Below the pieces are notes generated by a model. The model had not been told where the DNA came from. It did not search any database and worked only from the letters and a program-made list of their open reading frames with translations. Position numbers and translations under genes: made by a program. This document shows positions 49,543 through 62,448 of a stretch of DNA of 64,000 nt, one piece after another. Source of the DNA: Calcarisporiella thermophila CBS 279.70 (taxonomy: Eukaryota; Fungi; Calcarisporiellomycota); assembly GCF_041956535.1 (NCBI RefSeq), contig NW_027192191.1:131702-195701 (forward strand). The letters are read 5' to 3'. How positions within the stretch are numbered: the first letter of the stretch is position 1; every line of letters starts with the position of its first letter.

Positions 49543-50460
49543 ATGGTCAGTATAAAGGAATGCTAACTTATGATTCATAATTGAAGACTTATTGTGCCTC
49601 AATCTTTGATTTGATTTTTTCTCTATTAGGCCTCCATCGAAAATATATCTCCGGCAGTCATCAAGCGTATTTCCCGTGAGCTGCAAAAACTGCAGCAGCA
49701 GCCACCAGAAGGAATTAAGCTTATTGTCAATGAAGACAACATCACTGACGTCCAAGCGTGGATCATGGGGCCTGGTAAGAGATCCATCACATTCTGCCAC
49801 TGGATTATTAGCCTAAAATCAGTCTACTATTGTATATTCCAGAGGGCACTCCCTATGAAGGAGGAAATTTCAGAATAAAGATTGTCCTAGGCGCTGATTT
49901 CCCCAATGCCCCTCCGAAATGTAAGTTTCTCCTGGTGATGTCTTGAGCATTTTGTAACCTTTTTTAATTCGGTGTAGGCTATTTCATCACTAAATTGTTT
50001 CACCCAAACGTGTCGGCCACGGGCGAGGTTTGTGTGAACACGCTCAAAAAGGATTGGAAAAAAGAGCTTGGCATTGCACATATACTTTTGGTTGGTTCTC
50101 AGTTTGGCTCCCCCCCCCCTCTCGTTCAAGTAATCCAATTAACCCTCCTATTTTTGATGCTAGACGGTCAAATGCCTGCTCATCTACCCCAACCCTGAAT
50201 CTGCCTTAAACGAGGAGGCTGGACGTCTCTTGCTCGAACAATATGAAGACTACGCCAAACATGCCCGCTTAATGACAAGCATTCATGCTGCAGGGCAAAA
50301 GGTTGACTTCGGAGGGGCTGGGGCGAAGAAGGTGGAGGCGGAAGTGAATGGGGGTCTATGTGTGGTGGAGAAGGTGGTCGTAACCGAGGTGTCGAGTAAA
50401 CGGGTAGTGGATAAAAAGTCCAAGGTTACTGATAAGAAGAAAACTCTCAGGAGGCTATGA
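49543..50460 (+). CDS. UBE2S: Ubiquitin-conjugating enzyme E2 S (APC/C K11-chain E2)
   Basis: ATG-only first exon; [54 protein letters not shown] and the diagnostic C-terminal DKKKTLRRL. Confidence 0.93.
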
Positions 50461-50880
50461 ACCTCGTCGAGAAATTCCCGGTTTCTTATTTCCCATAGAC
50501 TTTGTTACTCTTAATCATTGCTTTAATTTTGCTTTAATCACTTTCTCTGTATCTTTTTATCCTTTTAACGCCACCTCCTCTGATCCATATATTTACCCCA
50601 AGGTTTAACCTTTAGCCCTTTTCCCCTCTATTGTAATAATGATATCATCTCTCTTTCTACTCTCACCTAGAGGCAGACACGGGCGAGCCTTAAGAAAAAA
50701 ACAACACACATGATATTTATTTCCAAGAAACTATTAACAAAAGTGAAAAGCATATATTGTAAATATATCTATCAGGAGAGAAAGCCGAAAAAGCGCATAC
50801 AGTGTAAATGATAAAGTTATGAGAGAGCCGCAAGACCAGCTTTTCTTTTTATCGCCTAATAGCATTCGTGAATGATCAGG

Positions 50881-51447
50881 CTAAGGAGAATCAGATCGAA
50901 CTGCTTTCCGTGGAATGTCTTCATCCTCTTCATCCTCCAATCCTCCACCATTGTGAGCTCGAGCAGCACGAGCGCCTGGCTTGTTTGCTTCATTGCAAGC
51001 ATCGATCCATTCGCTGTAGACATCGATCGGCTCACTTAGATCTGCAGACATCGGAAAGGCTCGAATGTAAGCATGGGAAGGGGCAAGGAGGGGTGAGGAA
51101 TAGCCAACTTACAATTTATGTTACATTGGAAACTAACATCGCACACCTTGCATTTAAGGTGTCCAACCTTGGAGTCTTTGTCTCTGAAAGGAGAGCAACA
51201 AGTTAGATTACAATCTACCACGATCCGAGCCAGTCTTGGGGGAACTCACAGTCTGCACTCGATTGTCTTTTCATGATTGCAGAAGAGGCAGTCAAACACC
51301 GTGTCAAGGGTTAGCTTCCGGCGAACCATCGGCTTTCTTTTGGATTTGCGCTTACCCTATTGTCCAACAAAAGACGCCGACAGCAGCGACGGTCAGATCC
51401 TTTCAGCAAGAGATGGATGTCGTGGTTTCTAAAGCCCTACTTACCAT
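50881..51447 (-). CDS. ELF1: Transcription elongation factor Elf1
   Basis: M/GKRKSKRKP..LDTVFDCLFCNHEK../..CKVCDVSFQCNIN/YLSEPIDVYSEWIDAC and an acidic tail. Confidence 0.95.
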
Positions 51448-52396
51448 GGTGGAATGATCGGTTTAATCAACGTGGGCAAGATCAATGCAGAGTCGAGTAT
51501 CCAATATAAATCAACGTCATCAAGGCGTGACAGCTTTTCATTATTCGATTTTAAGCTTCAATCGACCTCCATCCTCCTTATAGCATCGAAAGAGTCCCAT
51601 TACCGCAGCTACAGCTTTCTCCACTCTCCCTCTCCATTCCGCATCCTCATACATCAAAATAGAGTGCCAGCATATGTTTATATTGCAAAGCTATGCGTGC
51701 TACACGAAAAAAAAAAGACTGAGCAAACCACCAAATCATTACCAGCAAGTTCTTCTTTGCATGCGGGACGCTCAAAATAGGATAGATCGAGAACGCTCTC
51801 GTCTTTTTAGGGAGAGTGGACCATCCAACTCATACCGTCTTACCTGATACAACTGTTTTTCATCGTTCATCTTACGAGATTGTGCAAACTGTCAAGCATC
51901 TTCTCACCTGTTTCTTTTTTCTTTCTCCATACCTGCCTGAATGTGCATATAGACGGGAATAGGGTTCTCTAGCAGACATATTCATGATTTTTTATTGCTC
52001 TTTCTTATTATTACCTATTCCTCCTACCTTCAACTTTCTCTCCCCTCCCCCTTCTACTTTTCCTTCTTGCATTTCGATACGGGGGCATGGGTGTCGTTTG
52101 AAATACCTCCAGTGGTGTGAATGACTAGTATACCCTTAATACCATATCCATATTCATACGTACGACCCTCTCTCTACCTTGCTACCGATGAACGCTGCGA
52201 GTTTTGCATGGTACTCATCTCTAAGATTCTGTGGTTTTCATTGTAGTTAGGGGCATACAAACTAGAACTAGACCGACGTCTCCCCTACACTCCTTTACTT
52301 TTCCTTATTTTTCAAGAAATTTTTCCCTTACCCGACTTGACACCAACTCAACCCCCTCCCCTTAAACATTTTTGTTTTCCTTGTATTTCCAAAAGT

Positions 52397-55300
52397 ATGT
52401 CCACACCACACGACCTGATACAGCAGGGCGAAAAGGCCTTGGCCAGTGTAAAGCACCTCACTTATTCCAACCAAGGATGGCGACGAGTACGCACCAACCA
52501 AAGCGGTGTCGTGCTCGCTGTGAAGAATGCTCGGCGAGGCTATAGCGGGCGGGGAAGTGTGTACCGTGGGCAGATGATATTTGAGGATTTCACCCCACAG
52601 GCTGTATTCTATGTGATTTGTAATCGATATTTGTGGGATAGAAGGTAGGGAGAAGGGGGCGAGAGCCTGCTTTTGCAGCGGAGAGCGTAGGGTATCTAAT
52701 TCATGATGGATAGGTATGTTGATGGCGATCTCATTGAGAATTTAAACGAGACCACTTCGTTGACCCACGAGGTCATAAGGGAAGACTCGTCAAAGTAAGT
52801 TGGAGGAATATCCAAGTGGATTTTTTTTTACTGTAAATGTGATTTTTCTACCCCTCGATGTCCTTTTTTTCCTACATTAGATTGCGCGAGTATATTTTAA
52901 TCGAGAAAATGGAGTGTGCCCTCGATGGCTCCATTTTCTTCGCCGCCACTTCAGTCGACACTCCCTCTATCGGACACCCGCGATTCCAGAGTAGCGGGCG
53001 AGGAGGGATGGGGAAACATGTTCGACTTTTCGGATGGGTGCTGGAGCCATTCTCCGTGGACACGATGCTAGGGACCCGTGTCACTCATTACTCGCAACAC
53101 GACACTCTACCATTCATTCCCTCGTTTATCCGCCATAAAAAGTATGCAACTCAGTTAGCCCTCGTGGTGAGAGCGATCAACGAGTATTTGATTTCCCACG
53201 GAGACAAATTTCGGGCCTCGGTCCAGCGGACCAAAGAGCAAAGCCAAGAGGAGCAGAGGAGGAGGGCACTGGAGGAAGAGGAGAATTACGGAGAAAAGGT
53301 GGAGGGAGGAGTGCGAATTATAGTGCCCATTATGGAGGAGACGGAGAAGGTAGCGTCAGTGGAAACACCCACGAATGAAGAGATACAGCCCAAGGAAGAA
53401 GTGGCGGCTGGATCCCCTGAGGGCTCGCTGCAAAACGACTCATTGAAACAAAAATCATCCGTCTCGATCGTAGATCCCATTTCGTTTGTGCATTCTCCAA
53501 AGGCCCCTGTGCAGCCTCAGCCTTTTCCCGACCATTCCAAGGCGCTCGTGCGAGCTTTTGAGTTGCTCAAGTCAATGACCTCCAGCCTGGATGGGTGGAC
53601 ACCTCAAACAGGACGGTTTGAGCGGTTTGTTGGGGTTCAGTCTTACAGCTTGAAAGAGGAGGGGATGCCCCTGGTCATTCGAAGCGATGGCATAGTGCGT
53701 GGGGGGTGGTCGATCGAGCAGATCTGCGCCGTCATCGAGTCGTTTAGTGTGCGGAAGTTATGGGATGGGCAAGTCAGTATGCTTTCTTTATTTTTTAGTT
53801 GGAAACTATGCTTATCCTTTTAGTCCAATCCTACCGCTTTTAGTTTGAGAGTGGTGACATAATTGCCCATATCAATAACCGGGAACGGCTCTTTCATTGT
53901 CAATTGAGCGGGGTTTTTCCGCACGGCTGCTGCGATGTGGTGGGAGTGATGGCCTCGACGAGCAGACCCAGCACAAACAGCACCTACATCATCCAGACCA
54001 GCGTGCAGGACCCCCGTCTCCCGAGTGCTTCCGCCTCTTGCCCGCGGCTCAATGTTAACCTCTCTGGCTGGGTGCTGAGGCCGATCTTCAATCGTGTGAC
54101 CGGGCAAGCCGACGCCGTGCAAATCACCCACGTGGTTCAGATGGGATTTGGAGACATCACCCCTCCGGGCATGACGAAAACCCTGCTAAGGGGCGTGCCG
54201 AGTGCATTAGATAGCATGCGGCGCTTTATCAATAGTGTGGGGCCGCCGCCGTATGCACGACGTGTGATGGGGGAGATGGTTGCGGAGCTGTACGATTTGG
54301 ATACGCTTGAGTACGAGCTCTCGTTCCTTGTGCATCAAGGGCTGTCGCGGCGCACCGGCGTGAACAAGAAGCATTGCACGGAGATCCGGCTGTATCGGAA
54401 AATGTACCCCTCGGGCGTCAACATCATGGTAACCCCCGAGAAAGGAGTGCTGGCCGAGTCGGCTCCAGATTTGGGCGGGGTGCGGGTCATGATCACGGAT
54501 GAGCAATTGCACGGGCAGCGTGTGACGATCCGGGTCAGCCCCAATTCAAGCGAGGCCGTAGAGAAGATGCGGGTGAAACTGGAAATGCTCAATGCAGGAC
54601 TATTGAGGACCAGGGACAAGATGGTGTCGATGGGCTCGTGCAAAGATATTCGGGAGATGTCTCAGGAATCCCCGGACCGGGTGTCTTCTGCTTCAAGCGT
54701 GAATGAGCTCGAGGAGAACAAGAACAATCCGTTCTTGGAGCTGATCAATACTGGGACAAAGGGGTTGGATGAGAGGAGTGTGGCAGGAGACACGGAGGCG
54801 AAGCAGGAACTTGATTCCCCCGTGTCCACCGGGACGGCGCGGAAAACTCTTTGCGACCGCAGGAGGACGGCCCATACTCGAATCACGACCACAGGCCTCC
54901 GCGCCGCCTCATACAAGACGACAGATTCGTGCTCTTCCTCACTGCGGTCATCGCCCAAAGATTCCTTATCGAGTTCCAGTCATCACTATATACGCCCTCA
55001 AAGCCCTCCCTCGCCTCTGAGCGTCTCCATCCTTCTGACCCCCAAGTCCTCATTCGAGAGGCACCCCAGCACTGAGTCGCGACAGAAAAGCGGGAGAAGG
55101 GTGGAGAGGTCGGGACGGCGGGAGAAGGGGCTGACAACGCTTGAAACCTTCAGCTTGGAAGAGAAGAGCGAGCGAAGCCTTCGCAATAAGGACGCGACCG
55201 AGGCGAATAAAAAGAAGCAAGCCGGCGGCATGACAGCCAACCTGGTGCATCCTGAATATCCAAACCCCTCATTGATACTGCCTCCCTCACCGTGCCCTTC

Positions 55301-55616
55301 CTCCATGCACCAGGCAGAGTGTCAGGGTCGAGAGGGGCAGGAGAGCGGTTCTGACACCGGAAACTACCACAAGAGCGAGGAGAAGTATAAAACGTCGTCC
55401 GTCTCGCCTCCCAAGGGCTTTGTCAAGAGCACGGGCCCCGTCTACGAGCTATCGCCCAAGGGATTGCAGGCGGCCAGGAAAAATCGGCCCCAAGATGACA
55501 AGATGCTGATTCTAAGCGATGATCTCACCTTCAATGGGCAGCAGCTTATGCTAGTGCTCCTGGGAATGACCATTGCCTATTACGCAGGCAAGCTCTCCTG
55601 TCACCCCATCGCATAA
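52397..55616 (+). CDS. Tandem START/SRPBCC lipid-binding-domain protein with C-terminal TM anchor
   Basis: Two repeats of GW..R.LWD..G....TSV....GWVL.P...THxxQ, a Ser/Arg-rich disordered region and terminal LMLVLLGMTIAYYAG. Confidence 0.75.
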
Positions 55617-55966
55617 GCTTGAATGCTTTTTTTTTTCGCTTTGTAACTACAAGATGCTTATTATATAGTCCTGTTGAGAATTGTATATAATTATACAATA
55701 CTACGTTTTCTCATTTCTTTAAAAAAACATTTTACTTTTTACTATTCCCCAGAATAATATAATCATAATTGAGATAACGGTTCATTAATTTTTATTTGAA
55801 AAAAAAAAACAGCGTTTACACAGACAAAAAAAGCAATCAAGTTTATCAGAGAGAAAAGGGAAACGTATAAAAGTAATATAGCTTAATGAAAAAAAAGTGT
55901 CGCAAAAAAAAATACTTAATAAATAAAGGGGTCTACCAAAAATAGTAAGGATGATCACACGTCTCA

Positions 55967-58900
55967 TCAAATTAAACGTGACCTCTTTCTCTTGCTCTTT
56001 TTCTTCTTTCGACTCTTGTTCACCCCACCCGACGGCGCCTTAGCGGGGGGTGTTGAAGATGAAGCCGCCGGATCGTCGTCGTTACTCTTGTCTTCCTCCT
56101 CCTCCTCCTCCTCCACAGCCTCTCCCGTCTTCGCTGGCTCCTCCTTGGCCAACATTCCCGACTCCACGATGGCCTGCTGGGTGTCCGCAGTACCCGGCAC
56201 ATTTGAGGGCTCCGCGGTCGGTTGGATATGACCGGTCACTTCGGGCTGGAGGATCCGCTTGGGATCGTTCTCCACCAGCCCCTCGACAGGCGTGACGCTG
56301 CCCGAGCCTCCCGTGGACCCGGGGGCGCCCTCCTTCTCCAACTGCTTCTGCCACATTTCATAGTAGATGCCTTGAGGGCCCCGAGCCAGCAGTTCCTCGT
56401 GGGTTCCGCTCTCAACTACCTGGCCATCCCGAATACACAGGATCAAGTCGGAGTTGACAATCGTCGACAAACGGTGCGCAATCACGAGGGTGGTTCGACC
56501 GGCCGTCATTGTGGCGAAGGCCTGCTGAATATTCCTTTCGGTGGTGGTGTCCAGGGCGGAGGTTGCCTCGTCCAGCAGGATGATGGGTGGGTTCTTGAGA
56601 ATGGTGCGCGCAATGGCAACCCGCTGTTTCTCGCCGCCCGAGAGACGGAGGCCACGCTCGCCGACACGGGTCTCATAACCGTCGGGGAAGCTCAGGATCC
56701 TATCATGAATTTGGGCGGCCCTTGCAGCAGCGTAGACACTCTCCTCTGGGGCATCGATGTTGCCATAGTGGATGTTATAGAAAATGGTCTCGTTGAATAA
56801 AACCGTATCCTAAGGGAAAAGTGCCAGGGGTTAGTAAACGGACATGACTGCGTGGAAGGCGCAGAGAAGAAGCAGGAAAGAAAAAAGGGAAGCTCCGTCG
56901 TACCTGGGGGACAACTCCGATATTTCTCCTCAAGCTCGACTGCGTCACTTCCCTGATGTCTTGCCCGTCCACCAGAATTCTGCCCGAGTCCACGTCATAG
57001 AATCGGAAGAGAAGCCTTAGGATCGTTGATTTCCCGCCCCCTGACTCTCCCACCAGCGCGACCGTCTTGCCCTTGGGTATGGTGAACGAGATATTGCGTA
57101 GCGCCTGCTGCCGTTTATCATAAGAAAAGCAGACGTTCTCAAAGACAACGGTTCCCTCGGTCACATGGAGGGGAGGTGCGTTCGGGCGGTCTTGCACCGA
57201 TTGATGTTCTTCGAAGAGGTCGAGCATCTTTTCCATGTCGATAAAGTTGGCTTGGATCAAGCGGTAGTAGGTGCCAAAGAAATTAAGCTATTTCATGACA
57301 ATTCAAGAGAGGAATCAATAGAGCTGAAAATAAGGCGAGAGTGCACTGAGAACGTCCCTCCACAATAGTGTCCTAAACTTACCGGAGTGTAGAGCTGGTT
57401 GATGTATGTCAGAAACATCACAAAGTCGCCCACCGTAAGCTGACCCAGGGATACTCTCCACGCGCAGAGTAAACACCCGGCTAGCAACCCTCCACTGATC
57501 ACAAAGTTCTGTGCCAGGTTAAGGTAGTTTAAGCTGATCAGGGTCTTGTATTCGGAGCGCTGGAACTTGACGATGGAGTCGTCGTAGCGCTTCACCTCGA
57601 ACTGCTCCGCCGAGTAATACTTGACGGTCTCGAAGTTGAGCAAAGAGTCGACGGCCTTGGCCCTCGAATCATTGTCGCACTCAATCATCTCGCGCCTGAA
57701 TTTCGTCCGCCATTCCGTGATGCCCACCGTGACGCCGATGTAGAGGGTCATTGTCATGAACACAATGAACCCAAACACTGCGTCAAACCTGGAGGTGAGG
57801 TAGATGACCGCCAGGATAATATCGAGGATCACCGGGAAAATCTGGAAGTTAATCTGGGAAAGAAGAGAGACAATCGACTGCGTGCCGCGGTCCATGACGC
57901 GAAGGACCTCGCCCGTCTTACGGTTAACGTGGAAGCGAAGCGAAAGGTTGTGCAGGTGCTCAAACAACTTGACGGAGAGCTCCCTGGTGGTGTACTGGCT
58001 GATGGGGATCCACAGGTAGGACTGGATCGCCCGGAGAATCCCCGACTCCCCCTGCAAAAACCGCAGGAAAACATACAGCAGGATTGCGCCCCAAGAAAGA
58101 TGGGGCCGGTCGCCCGCCAGCTGGTCAATGACGATTTTCATTTGCCGTGGAACTAATATGTTCACTCCTCGGCCAATGGCAAGTAGAATGTAACACGCTA
58201 TCACCACAAACTGCAGGCCAACATTCTTCTTTGGCCAGATGAAAGGCATCAGCTTCTTCATCTTGCGGTAAAAGTCTACGAGACCACTGGGTTGCGAGGA
58301 AGGCAAATTGCTTATGCCGTTAGCTGTCGAAGTCGTTCCACTTTGTGCACGATTGAAAGTTCCATAGGAAGAGGCTTCATTAGCCCCGCGGCTTTCGACG
58401 ATGGGAGAGGCTGCGGACTCGAGATCGCCGCCGGTAGCAAACCAACCAAAGTAATGCATTGCGGAAAATGCAAACACCAGAAAAACTAATAAGTAGCGCA
58501 CAGAAAATACACTCATAAAGGCAATGTCCCAACGCGAAATGGCTATGGAAGACAAAAATATAATAGGTCAGCCACATCCCTCTTTCATTGGCAGCCATGC
58601 TCCTCGACGTCCTACCTATCTCCGGCCGAACAAATTCCGCGATCCACTGACTACCCACGAAACTTTCGAATATAATGGCCAACCACCAAAACACATGGTT
58701 AATCAGGGAGGGCTCACCGACCATGCGACGCTCCAGAACATAAAATTCGGCAAAATTGAAGGCCCATGCCAGCCACGATGCCGCTATGTAAACCACATAG
58801 TAGGTTGGGGTCCATTTCTTTGTTATCAGCGCACGGATACACACAATGGCTGCATCTGCCAAGAATGTGATAATGATAGCCAAGTTCATGATAATAATGC

Positions 58901-59201
58901 CATTGAGGAGCGACTTGCTTCCTTGGTGAGGAAGGCGGGAAACATCGGTAGAATGTATAAGATCGCCTGGGTCTTCTTCAAGGGTGGCAGAAGGCATGCG
59001 ATTTCGCTGGCCTATCTGCGTATACCCCTCCCGATTCCTCAGGACGAGGTAACGATAAAGAGCAAGCACAATAAGAATGCCTAGGGCTGCTAAAGGAGTG
59101 AAAGCAAACGCGTAACATGGCGTGTCAGTTTTGGAAGAACAAACGAGTAGAGAGCCAGTTGGCGCATGGAATTTTGCTCCAGCCTGGGTGAGGAACTCCA
59201 T
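55967..59201 (-). CDS. HMT1: ABCB6/HMT1-type half ABC transporter (heavy-metal tolerance)
   Basis: N-terminal extra TM domain, [37 protein letters not shown], Walker [24 protein letters not shown] and LDEATSALD. Confidence 0.95.
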
Positions 59202-59402
59202 TTCGAATTAGGCAGTTCCCGCACAGCAATAGAATGTTCGTACACAATCACACCGCGAGGGAGAGAGAATCAGAGCAGTAGGTAGGAATAAAAAAAAGAA
59301 CGCAGTACGTAGACCACCCGCTCTTGTTTTTACTATTTTTCCGAAGGATGTGACTTAATAATACGCGAAGGAGTGGCACAGCGCCTCCATTTTATATTCC
59401 AA

Positions 59403-59409
59403 TTAGTCA
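59403..59409. promoter_or_regulatory. Yap1/AP-1-type element TTAGTCA (TGACTAA) upstream of HMT1
   Basis: About 200 nt upstream of the HMT1 ATG, in the divergent HMT1/cytochrome b5 promoter. Confidence 0.35.
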
Positions 59410-59861
59410 TCGCCTCGTTTTTATGCTCATTAATAAGCCCTCAAGGATGCGTGTACTTGCATGCGCGGCCTTTAGAAGGAAATGTATAGAATCATTTCTT
59501 AGGGTGTGAGTAGAGACCATCCTGTCGAGCTCAAGGTGCTCAATAATATCCAAACAATCAAACTAGGAACATAATAAGCACGCCTCCATTAAAAAAATTT
59601 GCCATTTCAATGCTTTTAAACAAATAGGCGAAATGGACTGGCCCATCGATATTAAGGCGAGGCGTTTACCCGGCGGGTCTGTAACAGATGGAGAGAGAGA
59701 AAGAGAAAGCTTTCAATGGCTTCTATCTTATTTTCCATGGCTCCTCCATCTTCACGTGTGGAGTTTATCCAGGTCAAATTTGGCGGAAATTGAATCCACA
59801 GGCACCTTTATTACCACTATTTATCATAATCTATACTGCGAGAGCATTACGAGATTCAACC

Positions 59862-60560
59862 ATGTCGGAAAAGAAGCTTTTAACTCTCGAGGATGGTAAA
59901 CACACTTTCCACTCCAAGCTCAATCATTTTTTCGGCTAATTGTGCTGTTTACGCTACAATTCAGTGCAAAAGCACAACACTAAAGATAACCTCTACATTA
60001 TTATTCACAATAATGTGTTCGATGTTACGAAATTCCAAGAGGAGGTATGCTTTCCTGTTGGAACTCCATTTGCTATCAAATCATCCAACATTGTACTTTT
60101 TTTCCCTCTTACTCCTTGTAGCATCCAGGTGGTGAAGAAGTACTCCTCGAGGAAGCGGGCAAGGATGCAACAGAGGCTTTCGAGGATATAGGTCACTCGG
60201 ATGAAGCACGTGAGCTAATGCAGAATTTTCTAGTCGGCTCTATCGAGGGTGTAAGTATCGAAAGAGATATCCTAAGACACTCCAAGAAAGTTTTGATGCC
60301 GATGTTACGGATTGATTTTAGGCCGAGCCGGTGAAGGACGATGTGGCAAAGAAGAATAAGCAACCATCATACCCAAGCCCACGAGAAGAAAAGAAGGAAG
60401 CGCAGGAGGGAAGGCAAGTTAGCTATCCATTTGAGTCTCTCTTAACTCTCTCTCAACTCTGCCCTGGTTCCTCTCCCGGTATAGCTCTGTGCGCTTGCTT
60501 ATCCCAGTGGCCATTGGAGTGATTGGCTTCCTCGCCTTCAAATTACTTGCTAGACGTTAA
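59862..60560 (+). CDS. CYB5: Cytochrome b5, tail-anchored, 5 exons
   Basis: [56 protein letters not shown]. The TM tail [21 protein letters not shown] is obtained with the GC donor at 60414. Confidence 0.93.
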
Positions 60561-60811
60561 TGGTGGAATCTATATTGTCGCGAATACACCTGCTTGTCCA
60601 TTTTGTCCATGTGCTTATTAGCTTAATTAAACTCCCAACTCTTCTGCTTGCAAAAAAAAACTTTTTGTCTGGAATAAAATGGAGGAGAAAACAAGAAGTG
60701 AAGGATAGATTACAACGGGAACAGTGAGCTGGTTTTAGGAAGGCTAATGTATAAGAAATTGAAATAAAAAGACACGTGTGGCTAGTGATTACAACTAAAT
60801 ACTTTTTTTTC

Positions 60812-62448
60812 TTATTCAATTGACATAATCCTGGTGGGATTAGTTTGTGTGTATTCTGCTCCACTCGTATGTAAAACTAAGCACAAAAGAAGTGGTCGAT
60901 TATCCGCCCGTCTCGTGAAAAGATAAAAAATCAAGGCATTTGGGAGGTGTACTTACGATGCTGCTTAAGTCCCTTTCCAAAATTCATCCAACACACTATC
61001 GCATTCACAAACGTCAACACGAGAGCAATAAAGGATAGAACCGCTATAGAGAAGGGGAAAAAAAAAAGAGTAAGAGAAAGAGTAGGTTGAGAAATGGAAT
61101 AAACAAAACGAATACCAAATGCGGTCAAAAAGAGTACGATATGCTGGTATTTTAACTCCTGGCTAGGATCGTACATCCGAACTAGCTTGAAGATGAAATA
61201 GATCTATTTAAAATTCACGTCAGCGTCCATCGGGTATATTCTTAGGCCATCGATCTATCGAAGTACGTACCATCCCTCCCACTAAACCCATCAGGAAGAT
61301 GATCATCATTGTACGCGATTCATGTCGTACCTAAAATATTCAGTTAGCACAACCGGTTTGACCGAGGGGCGGGGGGGGGGGGGGGCAGAGCATAGCTAAC
61401 ACAATACATACGCTCCAGACAGCAATTAGGAGGATGGCAATCGTCAGGGGGATGGCTAGAATCGTTAGAGGAAACTCGATGTCTCCGCCCGGTTGCAAGA
61501 TGAGCACGAGGAATTGTATGCTAAAAAAAAGGCGGCAGCAGACAATGAGACTTAGTCTGGGCATAAAAGGCAGGATGGTGCGAAGCGGTACCTGAATCCA
61601 AGGAAGAAGAATATGTCCAGTTTCAAGAGCATCAGAAATATCTGATACGCCCTATACATGTCTATACGCAACAGCACGCGGTTAGCAGGAGGTTTTCAAC
61701 TCGGTTAGCTTACAAAAAGCGCTCACTTTTCATTTGGGGATCGGCCCCGATCTTTTTGTAAATCTGCCACCCGAAGTCTTTGTAAAGTTGCCATCCCAAA
61801 TACAGATAGGCAATCTCGGTTCCCCCCGTCACGATGGTCACCCCGATTAACTTCAACTTTATCTCTTGATAAATTTCCGCACTATCAACAGTGATGAAGC
61901 CGGTCTTTAGCGAGTCCTGGATCTGGCTGAATTGGAAAATGGAGAATATAAAACAGCAAAGATTGCTCACGGCGAAGCCAATGATTTGGATCGTATTCTT
62001 GTGAACCACCTATGGATAAAAATGAGGCGTATCCAATATTAACCAGAGACGGGAGCTAGGCATGAGCAATCGTGATGAATTACCGCATCCCACACCAAAA
62101 TGAATTGGAAAACCTGTGAAAACACGAATATAATCAGGTAGACCGGAATGCCCCTGCCGGGTGAGTAAGGAATGTATTGGGATATTCTATTGAGGGTTGA
62201 GGCGTTATCAGTGAGTAAAAATAAGTGGGGAAAATGGAAGCGGAAGAATCGTGTTTACACTGCTCGTTGATAATCGGTGTAAATGAGAGACTCCAAAACG
62301 ATAACTATTAAAGCTTCACAAAACACTATGCCTAATGTTAGGCGTGAGAAGAACGAAGATGGTAAAAACTAGAGCGAAAATAAATTCAAGTCATGGAGAG
62401 CCGATCAGTAAGAATGCCAAAAGATAGGCCTACCCGTCTTAGTTGCAT
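60812..62448 (-). CDS. UPF0658-like multi-pass Golgi membrane protein
   Basis: GIPVYLIIFVF..WDA/VVHKNTIQIIGF, LYKDFGWQIYKKIGADP, YQIFLMLLKLDIFFFLGF and NFGKGLKQH; many short exons. Confidence 0.82.
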
